Below, one piece after another: positions 19,006 through 28,199 of a stretch of 64,000 nucleotides of DNA. The stretch spans positions 4,115-68,114 of the forward strand of contig JACOSB010000019.1 of the NCBI GenBank assembly GCA_016179105.1, read 5' to 3'. The stretch's first letter is position 1; every line of letters begins with the position of its first letter. The notes below the pieces were generated by a model that saw only the letters and a program-made list of their open reading frames with translations, searched no databases and had not been told where the DNA came from. The position numbers and the translations under genes were made by a program. Source of the stretch: Candidatus Acetothermia bacterium. GTDB lineage: Bacteria; Bipolaricaulota; Bipolaricaulia; RBG-16-55-9; DRXL01.

Positions 19006-19473
19006 TTAGGAAGCGTGCTTCTCTTCCTCGACCACGACGCGAATCGACGCCGCAATATCTTTGTACAGCGCGAGTTTGACCGGGTGTGTGCCCAGCGTCT
19101 CGATCTGATGCGCGCCCAGCCCGACTCGGTCTTTCTCGATCTCGATCCCCAGCTGCTGTTGAATCTGCTCGACGATCTCCTCGCGGCGCACGGTGCTGTA
19201 GAGCTTGCCCTCGTCGTGCGACTTGCGCTGGAAGGTCAAGACAAACCCGTCTACCTTGGTCTTGACACTCTTGGCCCACTCCTCGCGCTTCTTGAGTTCC
19301 AGCTCGCGCGCGTCTCTCACTTTCTTGAAGCGATTGACATTGTGCGGCGTCGGCAAGGTCGCCACGTTTTTCGGAAATAAGTAATTGCGAGCGTAGCCAT
19401 CGGCTACCCGCACGATATCGCCGGGCTCGCCGAGTTTCTCTACACTCTGCGTCAAAAGCACTTCGATCGGCAT
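19006..19473 (-). CDS. rplI: 50S ribosomal protein L9
   Basis: MPIEVLLTQSVEKLGEPGDIVRVADGYARNYLFP is a canonical L9 N-terminus. Confidence 0.9.
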   Translation of the reverse strand: MPIEVLLTQSVEKLGEPGDIVRVADGYARNYLFPKNVATLPTPHNVNRFKKVRDARELELKKREEWAKSVKTKVDGFVLTFQRKSHDEGKLYSTVRREEIVEQIQQQLGIEIEKDRVGLGAHQIETLGTHPVKLALYKDIAASIRVVVEEEKHAS

Positions 19474-19506
19474 GTGCTACCCTCCCTAGGTTGTTAGCAT
19501 ACAAGG

Positions 19507-19526
19507 CAAGGGGCTTAAGCCCCTTG
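19507..19526. other. Perfect 20-bp palindrome caaggggcttaagccccttg in the rplI/folP divergent intergenic region
   Basis: Read directly; possible operator or leader hairpin. Confidence 0.4.
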
Positions 19527-19644
19527 TTCAAACGATAGTTCGGGCATTTTACCGAGCCGAAGGGCGGTTCGTCAAGGCGAATATAGAAAAAGCGCATTGC
19601 TGATAGCATTGATTTGACTGTATAGTATGGTGTGGGGGCTCACA

Positions 19645-20496
19645 ATGACAGATGTCCTCTCGAAGATCGGTCATCAGACCCTCGTGATGGGGATTTTGAA
19701 CGTCACGCCTGATTCCTTTTCGGACGGTGGCCAATTCTTGGAATTCGAAAAAGCTGCCGAGCACGCACAACGATTAATCCGAGACGGAGCGGATATTTTG
19801 GACATTGGCGGCGAGTCGACGCGCCCCGGCTCGGAGCGAGTTTCTCTTGACGAAGAACTGCGAAGAGTGATTCCAGTTATTAAATTAATTCGCCAAGTCT
19901 CAAAAATCCCGATCTCGATCGACACGTATCGCTCTCAGATAGCCAAAGCAGCGCTAAATGCTGGGGCCGATATTATTAACGACATCAGCGCGCTACGTTT
20001 CGACGAGCGCATGAAAGACTTAGTATCTGAAGCGAAGGTTCCGGTTGTGTTGATGCACATGCTGGGTGAGCCGAAGACGATGCAGCAGAACCCCATCTAT
20101 CGCGATGTGATGGGCGAGATTATTCAGTTCTTGCGCGAGCGCATTGACGTCGCCGTGCGAGCGGGGATAGAGGAGAGAAAGATTTGGGTCGATCCGGGGA
20201 TTGGCTTTGGGAAAAAAGTCGAGCACAACATCGAGATTCTGCAGCGCTTGAGAGAGTTAAAAATATTGAAGAAGCCAATCTTGATAGGGATATCGCGCAA
20301 ATTCTTCTTAGGTGCGTTGGCGAGCGATCCACCCTTGCTGCCCCAGGATAGATTAGAAGGCACGATCGCGAGTAACGTGATTTCTGTGATGAACGGAGCG
20401 GACATCGTGCGCGTGCACGATGTGCAAGCGACCAAAAGAGCGTTGAGAATTGTGGATGCGGTGGTGCGGGGGACTGAAGCTGCAAAATCCGATTAG
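19645..20496 (+). CDS. folP: Dihydropteroate synthase
   Basis: ORF 19627..20496; start MTDVLSK at 19645. Pterin-binding motifs (GILNVTPDSFSDGG, DIGGESTRPG). Confidence 0.9.
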   Translation: MTDVLSKIGHQTLVMGILNVTPDSFSDGGQFLEFEKAAEHAQRLIRDGADILDIGGESTRPGSERVSLDEELRRVIPVIKLIRQVSKIPISIDTYRSQIAKAALNAGADIINDISALRFDERMKDLVSEAKVPVVLMHMLGEPKTMQQNPIYRDVMGEIIQFLRERIDVAVRAGIEERKIWVDPGIGFGKKVEHNIEILQRLRELKILKKPILIGISRKFFLGALASDPPLLPQDRLEGTIASNVISVMNGADIVRVHDVQATKRALRIVDAVVRGTEAAKSD

Positions 20497-20519
20497 CTTT
20501 AAGGTCGCAATTTGTGACT

Positions 20520-20741
20520 TCAAACTCTTCTAGTTTCTTTTTTTTTCATTTGTCTCATTTGATCAACAAGGCTAGCGATAGTTTCCCCTTCAAATAACTT
20601 CGCTCTTTCTGCAGTGTAATCCCCATGCCCTTGATCAAAAAATTGAACAAAACGAATTGCATCGGCTATGCCCAATTTATCGCATAGCACAGCAAAACCT
20701 TCACGAGTAACCTCAGCCATAGTTCTGGTTTTGGTTTTCAA
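20520..20741 (-). CDS. Small hypothetical protein (about 66-73 aa) co-oriented with the HicB-like gene; possible toxin-antitoxin component
   Basis: ATGA-type 4-nt overlap with the upstream HicB-like gene. AT-rich codon usage. No recognisable family. Confidence 0.4.
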   Translation of the reverse strand: MKTKTRTMAEVTREGFAVLCDKLGIADAIRFVQFFDQGHGDYTAERAKLFEGETIASLVDQMRQMKKKETRRV

Positions 20742-20989
20742 GTGGATTCCTTTTCTAACCGATCTTCGATAGGTAAGCGAATTACATCTTCGAGATTGTC
20801 CAGGACTTCTTCGTAGGTATCACCTTGGGTGTAACAGCCTTGTAACGCGGGACAAAACGCAAAATAACCATCTTTGTCTTTTTCGATGACGGCTAGTAAA
20901 ACAAATTTGCGAAGCATAGTTTTCACTCCTTTCGATTCAGAAAAAAATGCATTAACCTCCAGCAGTTTCTCGTTTCTTAAAAGCTTCAA
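20738..20989 (-). CDS. HicB-like (UPF0150) antitoxin-family protein
   Basis: MLRKFVLLAVIEKDKDGYFAFCPALQGCYTQGDTYEEVLDNLEDVI is the HicB N-terminal-domain pattern. The true start may be the internal Met near 20917. Confidence 0.6.
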   Translation of the reverse strand: MKLLRNEKLLEVNAFFSESKGVKTMLRKFVLLAVIEKDKDGYFAFCPALQGCYTQGDTYEEVLDNLEDVIRLPIEDRLEKEST

Positions 20990-22064
20990 TTATGCTAGCG
21001 TGGGCTTTCTCTAAACTTTGAAAGGAAATAGTTACGGGAGTTCTATCATCAATGGCCTTTCTTTGATCGTGCTTGAAGATTTTCAAGATCTCTTTCAGGT
21101 AGTCGTTAATATCTATTTTGTAAAAGTTGTGATCGCGGAATTTTATAAACTCATGATACCTCTGTTCAACAGTTCCTGTTTCATCATCAAGACAAATAAT
21201 ATCTATATTCTTCAGACGGTTCGCTTTCAGTGTGGAGGATTTCAACAAATATCTTACATGATTATCATTTAGTGGTAATGAATAACCTAAAATACGTAAC
21301 TGCGTAGCGTTCTCTAGTAGCTTGCCTGCTAATCGCCAAGCTGGTTGAATTTCTGGATCTGAGCTTTTATTCCAAGTGGGAAGAGTTAGAGTAAGAGGGT
21401 CGATGCTACCATGTAGTTTGGCTAAGTAAGTTTTATCTTCTCTCACAGAACTATCGTTTTCCACCTCTGTAAAGAAGGAGATCTCCGGTTCAAATGTGAT
21501 GCGTTCAGTGAGCAGTTTCATTACAATTTCAAAGATCAAATCATAATTCAGCGTTATGATGGAGTAAATGGCATCGGAATCTTTGGATCTCGAACACCGC
21601 ATATTTGTCTTATCGATTCTGCGTGCGAATATCTGAACTTGAAGATTCAATAAGTTACATGCGAATGCACCATACGGAGACCATATATCACCGAATATAG
21701 CTTCAGGAAAGCTATCTGACTGTGATGTTGGCAAGAATTCATCGCAATTGATCTTCGGTATAGGAGTCGCCCATCTAATAGTATCTGCTATGTACTTACG
21801 AAAATCCTCTATATCACTATTCCCTTGTGTGAATTTCTGCATTTCTAGAATTGATAATATTTCTTCAATGTTAAAAACGTCGGCTTCGTAGTACTTAAGA
21901 ATCTGAGATATGTTAGCTACAGTATGGAAAATTCTTTCAAAATGAGGCGGTCTTATGGCTTGCTTCAAATACAAGTCCAGAGACTTAAACCAAAAGTCAC
22001 GCATCACTGGTATATCCAACGGCGCTGAAAAACCTGCTCCTAGCAAGTAAATTATTTTTTCCAT
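20952..22064 (-). CDS. SIR2_2-family (SIR2-like) protein, standalone; candidate NAD+-targeting defence effector
   Basis: Motifs in ThsA-like order: IYLLGAGFS (GAGxS), IITLNYD (TxNYD), KLHGS (catalytic His), RILGYSLP. About 370 aa. The gene sits in a clearly AT-richer stretch than its flanks. Confidence 0.65.
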   Translation of the reverse strand: MEKIIYLLGAGFSAPLDIPVMRDFWFKSLDLYLKQAIRPPHFERIFHTVANISQILKYYEADVFNIEEILSILEMQKFTQGNSDIEDFRKYIADTIRWATPIPKINCDEFLPTSQSDSFPEAIFGDIWSPYGAFACNLLNLQVQIFARRIDKTNMRCSRSKDSDAIYSIITLNYDLIFEIVMKLLTERITFEPEISFFTEVENDSSVREDKTYLAKLHGSIDPLTLTLPTWNKSSDPEIQPAWRLAGKLLENATQLRILGYSLPLNDNHVRYLLKSSTLKANRLKNIDIICLDDETGTVEQRYHEFIKFRDHNFYKIDINDYLKEILKIFKHDQRKAIDDRTPVTISFQSLEKAHASIIEAFKKRETAGG

Positions 22065-22082
22065 AATTGGCCTTTAATAATT

Positions 22083-22931
22083 TTACTTTTTTCTCAACCT
22101 CGCCTCAATCAACCCGTGGGGCTCATCCGTCGGCACGAAGATCTCGTTGTGGTTTTCCATCCCGAACGGCGATAGGTCCACAAGCAAACAATGCTTGTTC
22201 GGCAACGAGAGCGAAATCTCAACAATATCCTCAAATTTTTTGAGCACCACCTCGCCGATCGCATAGAGCGTCTGCTGCACTGAAAGGCTGTCATGCTCGG
22301 CGAACGTTTCTAAGATGAGTTGCCGCACGCCACGCCAGAGCGGACCGGAAGCTGCTTCAGGACGAGAGTAGAGCCAAGTGACTTTCATCGCCGTGGCGAA
22401 GATCCGGTCGTTGGTCTCTTTTAGTGTCGTGTATTGATCCTTGAGAAAACCTTCAAATCCTGACTGGGTCGTCTTGAGCACGAGCAAGCCTTCAATACCG
22501 GATTCGACTACGGTGCTTTCGCGCGTCGCGTTCACCCGGGCGGTGCGCTTCTCGTTGCCGCTCTTGGTGAACGAATGATGGTGCGGCGTTCCGCCGACAG
22601 CGATGCGCAGCCACTGGTTTTCTTCGATGTCGATAGTGACACGCGAAGTCTGTGGATTGTTCTTCAGAAAGTGCTCCGTGAGCCGCAGCGCGAAATCTTC
22701 AATCTCTTCGATCTCCGGCACCTGCTTCGCGAGCGCATAGACTGTATTCTTCATTGTGTCGGTGGGTAGAACTTTGCTATTGTCACCCACGGTATGCGCT
22801 GCCTCGAAATCCCCCTCGAACGCGACGTTAACTGAGATGTCCTGCAAATCATGACGATCCTCGTACCGTGCGACCTTCACCAATCTTACGCACGATTTGC
22901 CATAGTTGCTGTGCGCCAAAATCACAGACAT
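22083..22931 (-). CDS. uox: Urate oxidase (cofactor-independent uricase)
   Basis: Uricase signature VLKTTQSGFEGF. Two tunnel-fold halves. Confidence 0.85.
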   Translation of the reverse strand: MSVILAHSNYGKSCVRLVKVARYEDRHDLQDISVNVAFEGDFEAAHTVGDNSKVLPTDTMKNTVYALAKQVPEIEEIEDFALRLTEHFLKNNPQTSRVTIDIEENQWLRIAVGGTPHHHSFTKSGNEKRTARVNATRESTVVESGIEGLLVLKTTQSGFEGFLKDQYTTLKETNDRIFATAMKVTWLYSRPEAASGPLWRGVRQLILETFAEHDSLSVQQTLYAIGEVVLKKFEDIVEISLSLPNKHCLLVDLSPFGMENHNEIFVPTDEPHGLIEARLRKK

Positions 22932-22935
22932 AGTT

Positions 22936-23280
22936 TTAACTCCCTCGATAGGTCGAATAGCCGAATGGACTCAAGAGCAACGGCACGTGATAGTGCTGCG
23001 ACGCGTCCCGAATTGTGAAGCTCACTGAAACCTCCGGATAAAATCCTTGAATGTTTTGGTTCGAAAAGTAAGCCCCAGTATTGAACCTGATCCTATAATT
23101 TCCCGGTTGCAGTGGGTAGTCTGAGGACAGCAGGTTTCTCAACCGTCCATCTTCATCGGTCACACCCTTCCCGATCATTTTCCAGGCGAACACTGAAGTC
23201 TCGAATTCAAGAAAGACAGGCACGCCGCGCGCCGGGCAGCCCTGGGTAACATCCAAAACGTGAGTCGTAATTTTGCTCAT
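22936..23280 (-). CDS. uraH: 5-hydroxyisourate hydrolase (transthyretin-like)
   Basis: 114 aa; C-terminal YRGS tetrapeptide; HVLD...G.PA..V motif. Confidence 0.85.
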   Translation of the reverse strand: MSKITTHVLDVTQGCPARGVPVFLEFETSVFAWKMIGKGVTDEDGRLRNLLSSDYPLQPGNYRIRFNTGAYFSNQNIQGFYPEVSVSFTIRDASQHYHVPLLLSPFGYSTYRGS

Positions 23281-23281
23281 C

Positions 23282-23800
23282 TCATTCTATCGCTCCCACA
23301 AGTTTTTTCAGTCTGATCTCCATGATTTTTCGTTGTTCTTCTGCCGCGATGCGCAGCTCCACTTTGGGGTCATTACTCAATCGCTGGCGGCACATTGAAA
23401 GCATCTCTTTGCTGCTTTTGCCTGTAGCGCAAACGATAAAAATATAATCGAATTTTTCTTCGTACGCGCGGTTGGCTTCAGCGAGTAACATCAATGCCTC
23501 ACTCGTGGCAGTATGAATTCCAGCTTGCTCTTGTTTGGACCAGTGTGATGCTTGCGCTGACTGAGCTCGCGCCGCTTTACGTTCGCCGATCTTGGGATGA
23601 CTGGCGAAGGCTTCCAACCAGTCCTGAGCATCTAGACTCCACCAAATTTGTCGTGCCTTCCTCAATAAATCTGTCAGATCATTGAACGGCCGAGCTTCAG
23701 CCATCTGCCGCGCCCACGCGCGTGAACCGCAACAAGCCAGTAGATCCGCTTCAGCCGCTTTACCTGAAGCTTTGTTCAGACGTTCGATGCCGGTCATCAA
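23282..23800 (-). CDS. uraD: OHCU decarboxylase (2-oxo-4-hydroxy-4-carboxy-5-ureidoimidazoline decarboxylase)
   Basis: CCGSRAWARQMAEARPF...SHPKIG pattern. Confidence 0.75.
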   Translation of the reverse strand: MMTGIERLNKASGKAAEADLLACCGSRAWARQMAEARPFNDLTDLLRKARQIWWSLDAQDWLEAFASHPKIGERKAARAQSAQASHWSKQEQAGIHTATSEALMLLAEANRAYEEKFDYIFIVCATGKSSKEMLSMCRQRLSNDPKVELRIAAEEQRKIMEIRLKKLVGAIE

Positions 23801-24810
23801 ACCCCACTCTTGGTGATCCTACCGAAAATGCGCAATCGGCTCACGCCGCCATCGGGAAAGATGTTGAACCGCACATGAGTCGCCGAGCCGATGTTCATAA
23901 TCTCGTCTTCAAAAAAATGACGTGTGTGTGCTTGCAGCTTCGTGCGCGACAGAACTTCCTTCCAGTCAAACTTGGAAAAATCTTCTGGCTCGCGGCCTTG
24001 AATATCACATGCTTCGAGAGAGCAGCTTTCTGGAAAATTTCCTTTGAACCAAGAAGTATCAACTTCAATGCGCTGGATAGTTCCCTGTCTGCCAAGTCGG
24101 ATGACGCTCCAATCATGTCCCGGCCCACGGCGGCGTTTGGTCTCCCACCCGTCGCTCATATTCGCGGCGCGGTCCGGCATGATCAGATTGTGGCGATGAC
24201 CGAAGAACATGTCACTGCACGCGATCACCCGACCGCCGTTTTCCACAGCAGCCAGATCGATTTCGCTCTCGCGCCGAATCAAGCGATCCCAGTTCGGCAG
24301 GACTTCACCGTACGCGCGCAGCCGCGCCACACCTCCGTCGGGATAGATTTTGAGTTTCAAATGTGTGACGCGCTCGGCGCGCTTGATCTCAAACGAATTG
24401 CGTGAATCACCTTGCAAGGACGATTTCGGTAAGATCTCAGACCACGGAACAGTATCACTCGTCAGTTGCTTCACATCGGGGTTGCCTTCAAGAGTACGGG
24501 CTTCGATCGAACAATGCGACGGGTAATTGCCCTTGAAAAAACTCGTGTCAACGATGACCCCGCGAATGCTGCCCGGCAGGCCGAGCCGGATGATGCACCA
24601 GTCATAGAGCTCATGCAGGTTCAGCGCACGTTTGCGGCGCGTCTCCCAGCCATCCATCCATTTGCCGTTGTCCGTGTATTTGCCCTCGATAAAGACCGGT
24701 GCGCTTGTTTTCAACAAGTCTTCTTTCGGGGCAAAAAACTCATCGTTTGCATAGAGCACTGTGCCGCCCAAGCGCTCGGAAGCTAGATCAATGAGCTCAG
24801 TGAAATCCAT
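23797..24810 (-). CDS. alc: Allantoicase
   Basis: Two allantoicase repeats with DGWETRR / DGWETKRRR motifs. Confidence 0.8.
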   Translation of the reverse strand: MDFTELIDLASERLGGTVLYANDEFFAPKEDLLKTSAPVFIEGKYTDNGKWMDGWETRRKRALNLHELYDWCIIRLGLPGSIRGVIVDTSFFKGNYPSHCSIEARTLEGNPDVKQLTSDTVPWSEILPKSSLQGDSRNSFEIKRAERVTHLKLKIYPDGGVARLRAYGEVLPNWDRLIRRESEIDLAAVENGGRVIACSDMFFGHRHNLIMPDRAANMSDGWETKRRRGPGHDWSVIRLGRQGTIQRIEVDTSWFKGNFPESCSLEACDIQGREPEDFSKFDWKEVLSRTKLQAHTRHFFEDEIMNIGSATHVRFNIFPDGGVSRLRIFGRITKSGV

Positions 24811-24822
24811 CAGTTCTCTCCC

Positions 24823-26172
24823 TCATTGTGTCAGCAGTTGCCCCAGCGGCTCCGCTGAAAATTTTCCATCATCGTACACCTTTTGTCCTCGCACATATAC
24901 AGCTTCGACTATCCCGTTTAATGTCCGTCCATTATACGGCGTCAGTTTGTGTTTGTGCTGGATAATCGATGGCTCAACACGAAATGTCGCTTCGGGATTC
25001 CAAATGACTAAATCCGCATCGTAGCCAACCTTCAATGCTCCTTTGCGATGATGCAAGCCAGCGAGCTGTGCGGGTTTGTGTGACATCCACTCAGCTAGGT
25101 GGCGAAGCTCGAGGTCGCGCTCCTTCATCTCTGTCCACATCACGGGCAAGCCAAATTGCAACGAAGCAATACCGCCCCAAGCTTTCATAAAATTGCCCGA
25201 CTCACACAACTTCAGATGTGGCGGGCAGGGCGAATGATCAGAGACAACCATATCGATCACGCCCTCGCGCAGTGCTTCCCAGAGCTTTTCACGGTTCTCG
25301 CGCTCGCGCACCGGAGGGCAGCATTTGAATTCGGTCGCGCCATCGGCCACGTCTTCGGCTGAAAATGTTAGATAGTGTGGGCAAGTCTCTACTGTAATAG
25401 GCACGCCATCGGCTCTGGCTTCGCGCAACATTGGCAAAGCCTCTGACGACGAAAGATGCACGATGTGAACGCGCGCGCCGGTCTCGCGACTCAGGCGGAT
25501 CATCATCGCAATCGCTTCGTTTTCGGCCGCGTGCGGGCGTGATTTAAGAAATGTGTGATACAGTTTCGGATCGCTGTTAGCAATCTCCTTGGCTGCGCGC
25601 TCAATCGATCCGGGGACTTCCGCATGAACGAGTAGTACAGTGTTGAGTTCTGCCAATATGGGCATAGCATTTCGAAGATCGGATTCGCTGACATTGGGGA
25701 ATTCATTGACGCCGGAGTGAACGAGAAAACATTTGAAGCCGCGCACGCCCGTTTCCATCAATGGCCGAAGTTCTCTCAGATTGCCCGGCACGACTCCTCC
25801 CCAGAACGCGACATCCACCCAGCATTGCCCGCGCGCAGCGGCAAGTTTTTCCCGAAATCCCGACAGCGCTGTTGTCGGTGGAATGCTGTTGAGCGGCATA
25901 TCTACCAATGTTGTAACGCCTCCAGCAGCAGCGGCGCGCGTTGCAGATGAAAAACCTTCCCAGTCGGTTCGCCCCGGCTCGTTAACGTGAACGTGCGTAT
26001 CCACCAGTCCGGGCATCACGACGGAATCGCTTACATCTATCACTTTGGCATCCGAAGAGACTGCACCGCGCTCAGTGATGGCAGCGATCAATCCATCACG
26101 AATGTGAATCGAGGCCGGCCTAATCTTCTCAGGCGTAACGACTCTTTTGCTAGTGATAATCAGATCAGCCAT
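24823..26172 (-). CDS. allB: Allantoinase (cyclic amidohydrolase family)
   Basis: ORF to 26253; likely start MADLIITS. DTHVHVNEPGRTDWEGF metal-binding motif. Placed in a ureide cluster. Confidence 0.75.
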   Translation of the reverse strand: MADLIITSKRVVTPEKIRPASIHIRDGLIAAITERGAVSSDAKVIDVSDSVVMPGLVDTHVHVNEPGRTDWEGFSSATRAAAAGGVTTLVDMPLNSIPPTTALSGFREKLAAARGQCWVDVAFWGGVVPGNLRELRPLMETGVRGFKCFLVHSGVNEFPNVSESDLRNAMPILAELNTVLLVHAEVPGSIERAAKEIANSDPKLYHTFLKSRPHAAENEAIAMMIRLSRETGARVHIVHLSSSEALPMLREARADGVPITVETCPHYLTFSAEDVADGATEFKCCPPVRERENREKLWEALREGVIDMVVSDHSPCPPHLKLCESGNFMKAWGGIASLQFGLPVMWTEMKERDLELRHLAEWMSHKPAQLAGLHHRKGALKVGYDADLVIWNPEATFRVEPSIIQHKHKLTPYNGRTLNGIVEAVYVRGQKVYDDGKFSAEPLGQLLTQ

Positions 26173-26176
26173 ACCA

Positions 26177-26785
26177 TCATTCAACTTCAGCGCCGTACAC
26201 TCTCGCCACTTGAATGGCTTGGGCAATATCCAAACGTACACCTTTAAGGTCAAAGCTCCTGAAATCTACCCCATCGATGATAGCGCCCCGTAGATCGGCT
26301 CCCTTGAGAACCGCTTGAGCGAGATTGGCTTTGGTTAGATCCGCCTCTCGAAAGTCAGCGTTCTCTAAATCGCACCCATAGAGATCGGCTTCGGTGAATC
26401 GCACGCGCTGGAGGTCGAGACCTTTCAGGCTGCTATGTCTTAGGTTCGTGTACGACCAATCTCCAGTCACGATGGATAAAGCTGTTAAATCTGCTTGAAG
26501 AAAAGAAGATCCGGTCATCTTGCAACTGATAAATTGAGCACTGAACAGTCTCGCTCCCGCGAATGTGCAATTCGTGAACGCTGAGCCTTTGTGATTGGAG
26601 GAGTTTAATTTAGCATTGCTGAAATCGCACTCGGAGAACAAACATCGATGAGTGGTCAGCTCGCTCATGGGAGTCCGTCGGAAACTGCATCGCACAAACC
26701 GACAACCTTCAAAATGTTTTCGATTGAAATCAGCACCCTCAAATTTCTCATCTATGAATTCTTTATTAGCCCATTCGTCTGACAA
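26177..26785 (-). CDS. Pentapeptide-repeat protein (Qnr/MfpA-like size, 202 aa)
   Basis: Continuous A(D/N)LxG pentapeptide repeats (ADLTKANLAQAVLKGADLRGAIIDG...). Confidence 0.8.
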   Translation of the reverse strand: MSDEWANKEFIDEKFEGADFNRKHFEGCRFVRCSFRRTPMSELTTHRCLFSECDFSNAKLNSSNHKGSAFTNCTFAGARLFSAQFISCKMTGSSFLQADLTALSIVTGDWSYTNLRHSSLKGLDLQRVRFTEADLYGCDLENADFREADLTKANLAQAVLKGADLRGAIIDGVDFRSFDLKGVRLDIAQAIQVARVYGAEVE

Positions 26786-26862
26786 TAAGAATACCTCCCT
26801 TTATGCACGATAACATTTTATTTGAAGAAGCATTCGATTAGCAGGACCAGCTATACCGTTGG

Positions 26863-27225
26863 TTAACTGTTGATCCCTTCAGATGTCTCATCATCCGAGG
26901 TTTTCGCCAACTGCGGAGCCACTTTAGGCAGTTCCGAAGTAACAACCTGCCATACGATGTCGAGATTAACACCAAAATAATGATGAATCAGCCGGTCCCG
27001 CACACCGGCCATGCTCTTCCAAGGAATATCAGGATGCTTCGCTCGCAATTCTTCAGATAGGTTCTTGGTTGCTTCGCCGATGATCTCTAGATTACGAATG
27101 ACCGCGTCCTGAGTCTTAATGTCAGCCAGGAAGGCTTCATACGTCATCCCTCCAGTGTAAGCCTCTATCCGGTGGATGGCTTCTTTGATGTCGCTCAGAA
27201 AGTCTCTATCCGTTCGCTCAGACAT
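26863..27225 (-). CDS. hepT: HepT-like (DUF86, HEPN) toxin of a HepT/MNT module
   Basis: R-x4-H-x-Y motif (RDRLIHHYFGV); 120 aa. Confidence 0.8.
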   Translation of the reverse strand: MSERTDRDFLSDIKEAIHRIEAYTGGMTYEAFLADIKTQDAVIRNLEIIGEATKNLSEELRAKHPDIPWKSMAGVRDRLIHHYFGVNLDIVWQVVTSELPKVAPQLAKTSDDETSEGINS

Positions 27226-27520
27226 ATACGATGCTTTCTGAGATGTCCTTGGCCACTCGGGCTACTCTAATTCCCTGGATGCCGGCGGGAGTCAGCACGT
27301 CCACCTTCCGGCCGAGCAAGTGCTCAAGGTATTCTGCAAACTCAATAAACCTGAGGCCGATCGGGTGTCCGAACTCCACCACGACGTCAATGTCGCTGGC
27401 TTCGTCGGGCTGTCCTTTGGCGTAAGAGCCAAATAAGCCGATCCTTTTGACACCGTACTCGGAGACAAGATAGGGGTAGTTTTCTCGGAGTAGCTCTACA
27501 ATCTTTTCCCGGGTTAACAT
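27218..27520 (-). CDS. mntA: MNT minimal nucleotidyltransferase antitoxin
   Basis: GLFGSYAKGQPDEASDIDVVV (GS...DxD). 8-nt overlap with hepT. Start taken at MLTREK. Confidence 0.8.
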   Translation of the reverse strand: MLTREKIVELLRENYPYLVSEYGVKRIGLFGSYAKGQPDEASDIDVVVEFGHPIGLRFIEFAEYLEHLLGRKVDVLTPAGIQGIRVARVAKDISESIVYV

Positions 27521-27737
27521 AATGAGGCCTTTCGCGAAGTATGCTCGCTGCACACGGGCTTTCAGATGCTGTTATAGTGAGTATACCACAGGTGATTTTG
27601 TCTTGTAAAGACGCGTTGCTTCCTTCGTCCTCGTCCAGACAGCAATTCTTCAATACCGATATGCTCGTCCCCCAAACCGCAACGTGACCATGGTCGGGTG
27701 CAGCGGCTTAGTTGGACGGCACCCATCCGTGTCAGCC

Positions 27738-28199
27738 CTACTTCTTCCTGCGCTTCCCACCTCTGGCTTCCAACTCTTCAACATCAGCTAGGTCCTGGGT
27801 GCGCCCAGCGGCACGCTTATTCTTGATCAAATGCTCCATGGACAACACGGCCACAGCTTGATCCGCAAACTGGGTCAATGTCCGGGCGGACCAGGCTTCC
27901 GCAAACTCCACTCCATCAATGGCAGTCAGAACATCGATACGCAGAGGAGGCATGCCAATCTGGAAAATAAGGCCGGGGATAATCAGGTCTGCTTCAGTCA
28001 GGTCGTGCAACGGGGCACCAAACGCCCGCAGCGCCTTGAGCACTCGCCTCGCATTCTTCGTGTCAGGTCGAACCCACACATCGAGATCATTCGTAGCACG
28101 GACATGCCCATGGGCAGCTAGCGCGTGCGCGCCGACCACCAGATATTCAACGCCCTGGGCGTTGAATTCGGCTAACAGATCTCTGAAGTCGCGGTTCAT
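27738..28199 (-). CDS. Nucleotidyltransferase-fold protein (Pol-beta superfamily, MNT-like), second TA-like module
   Basis: VEYLVVGAHALAAHGHVRATNDLDVWV (hG...DxD). Confidence 0.55.
   Translation of the reverse strand: MNRDFRDLLAEFNAQGVEYLVVGAHALAAHGHVRATNDLDVWVRPDTKNARRVLKALRAFGAPLHDLTEADLIIPGLIFQIGMPPLRIDVLTAIDGVEFAEAWSARTLTQFADQAVAVLSMEHLIKNKRAAGRTQDLADVEELEARGGKRRKK

Noticed and set aside
17264-19609. 781-aa ORF extending the glycosidase gene through rplI with an Arg-rich N-terminus
   Set aside because: It overlaps the well-supported rplI gene in another frame and its N-terminal 200 aa are low-complexity. This is a GC-rich open-frame artefact.
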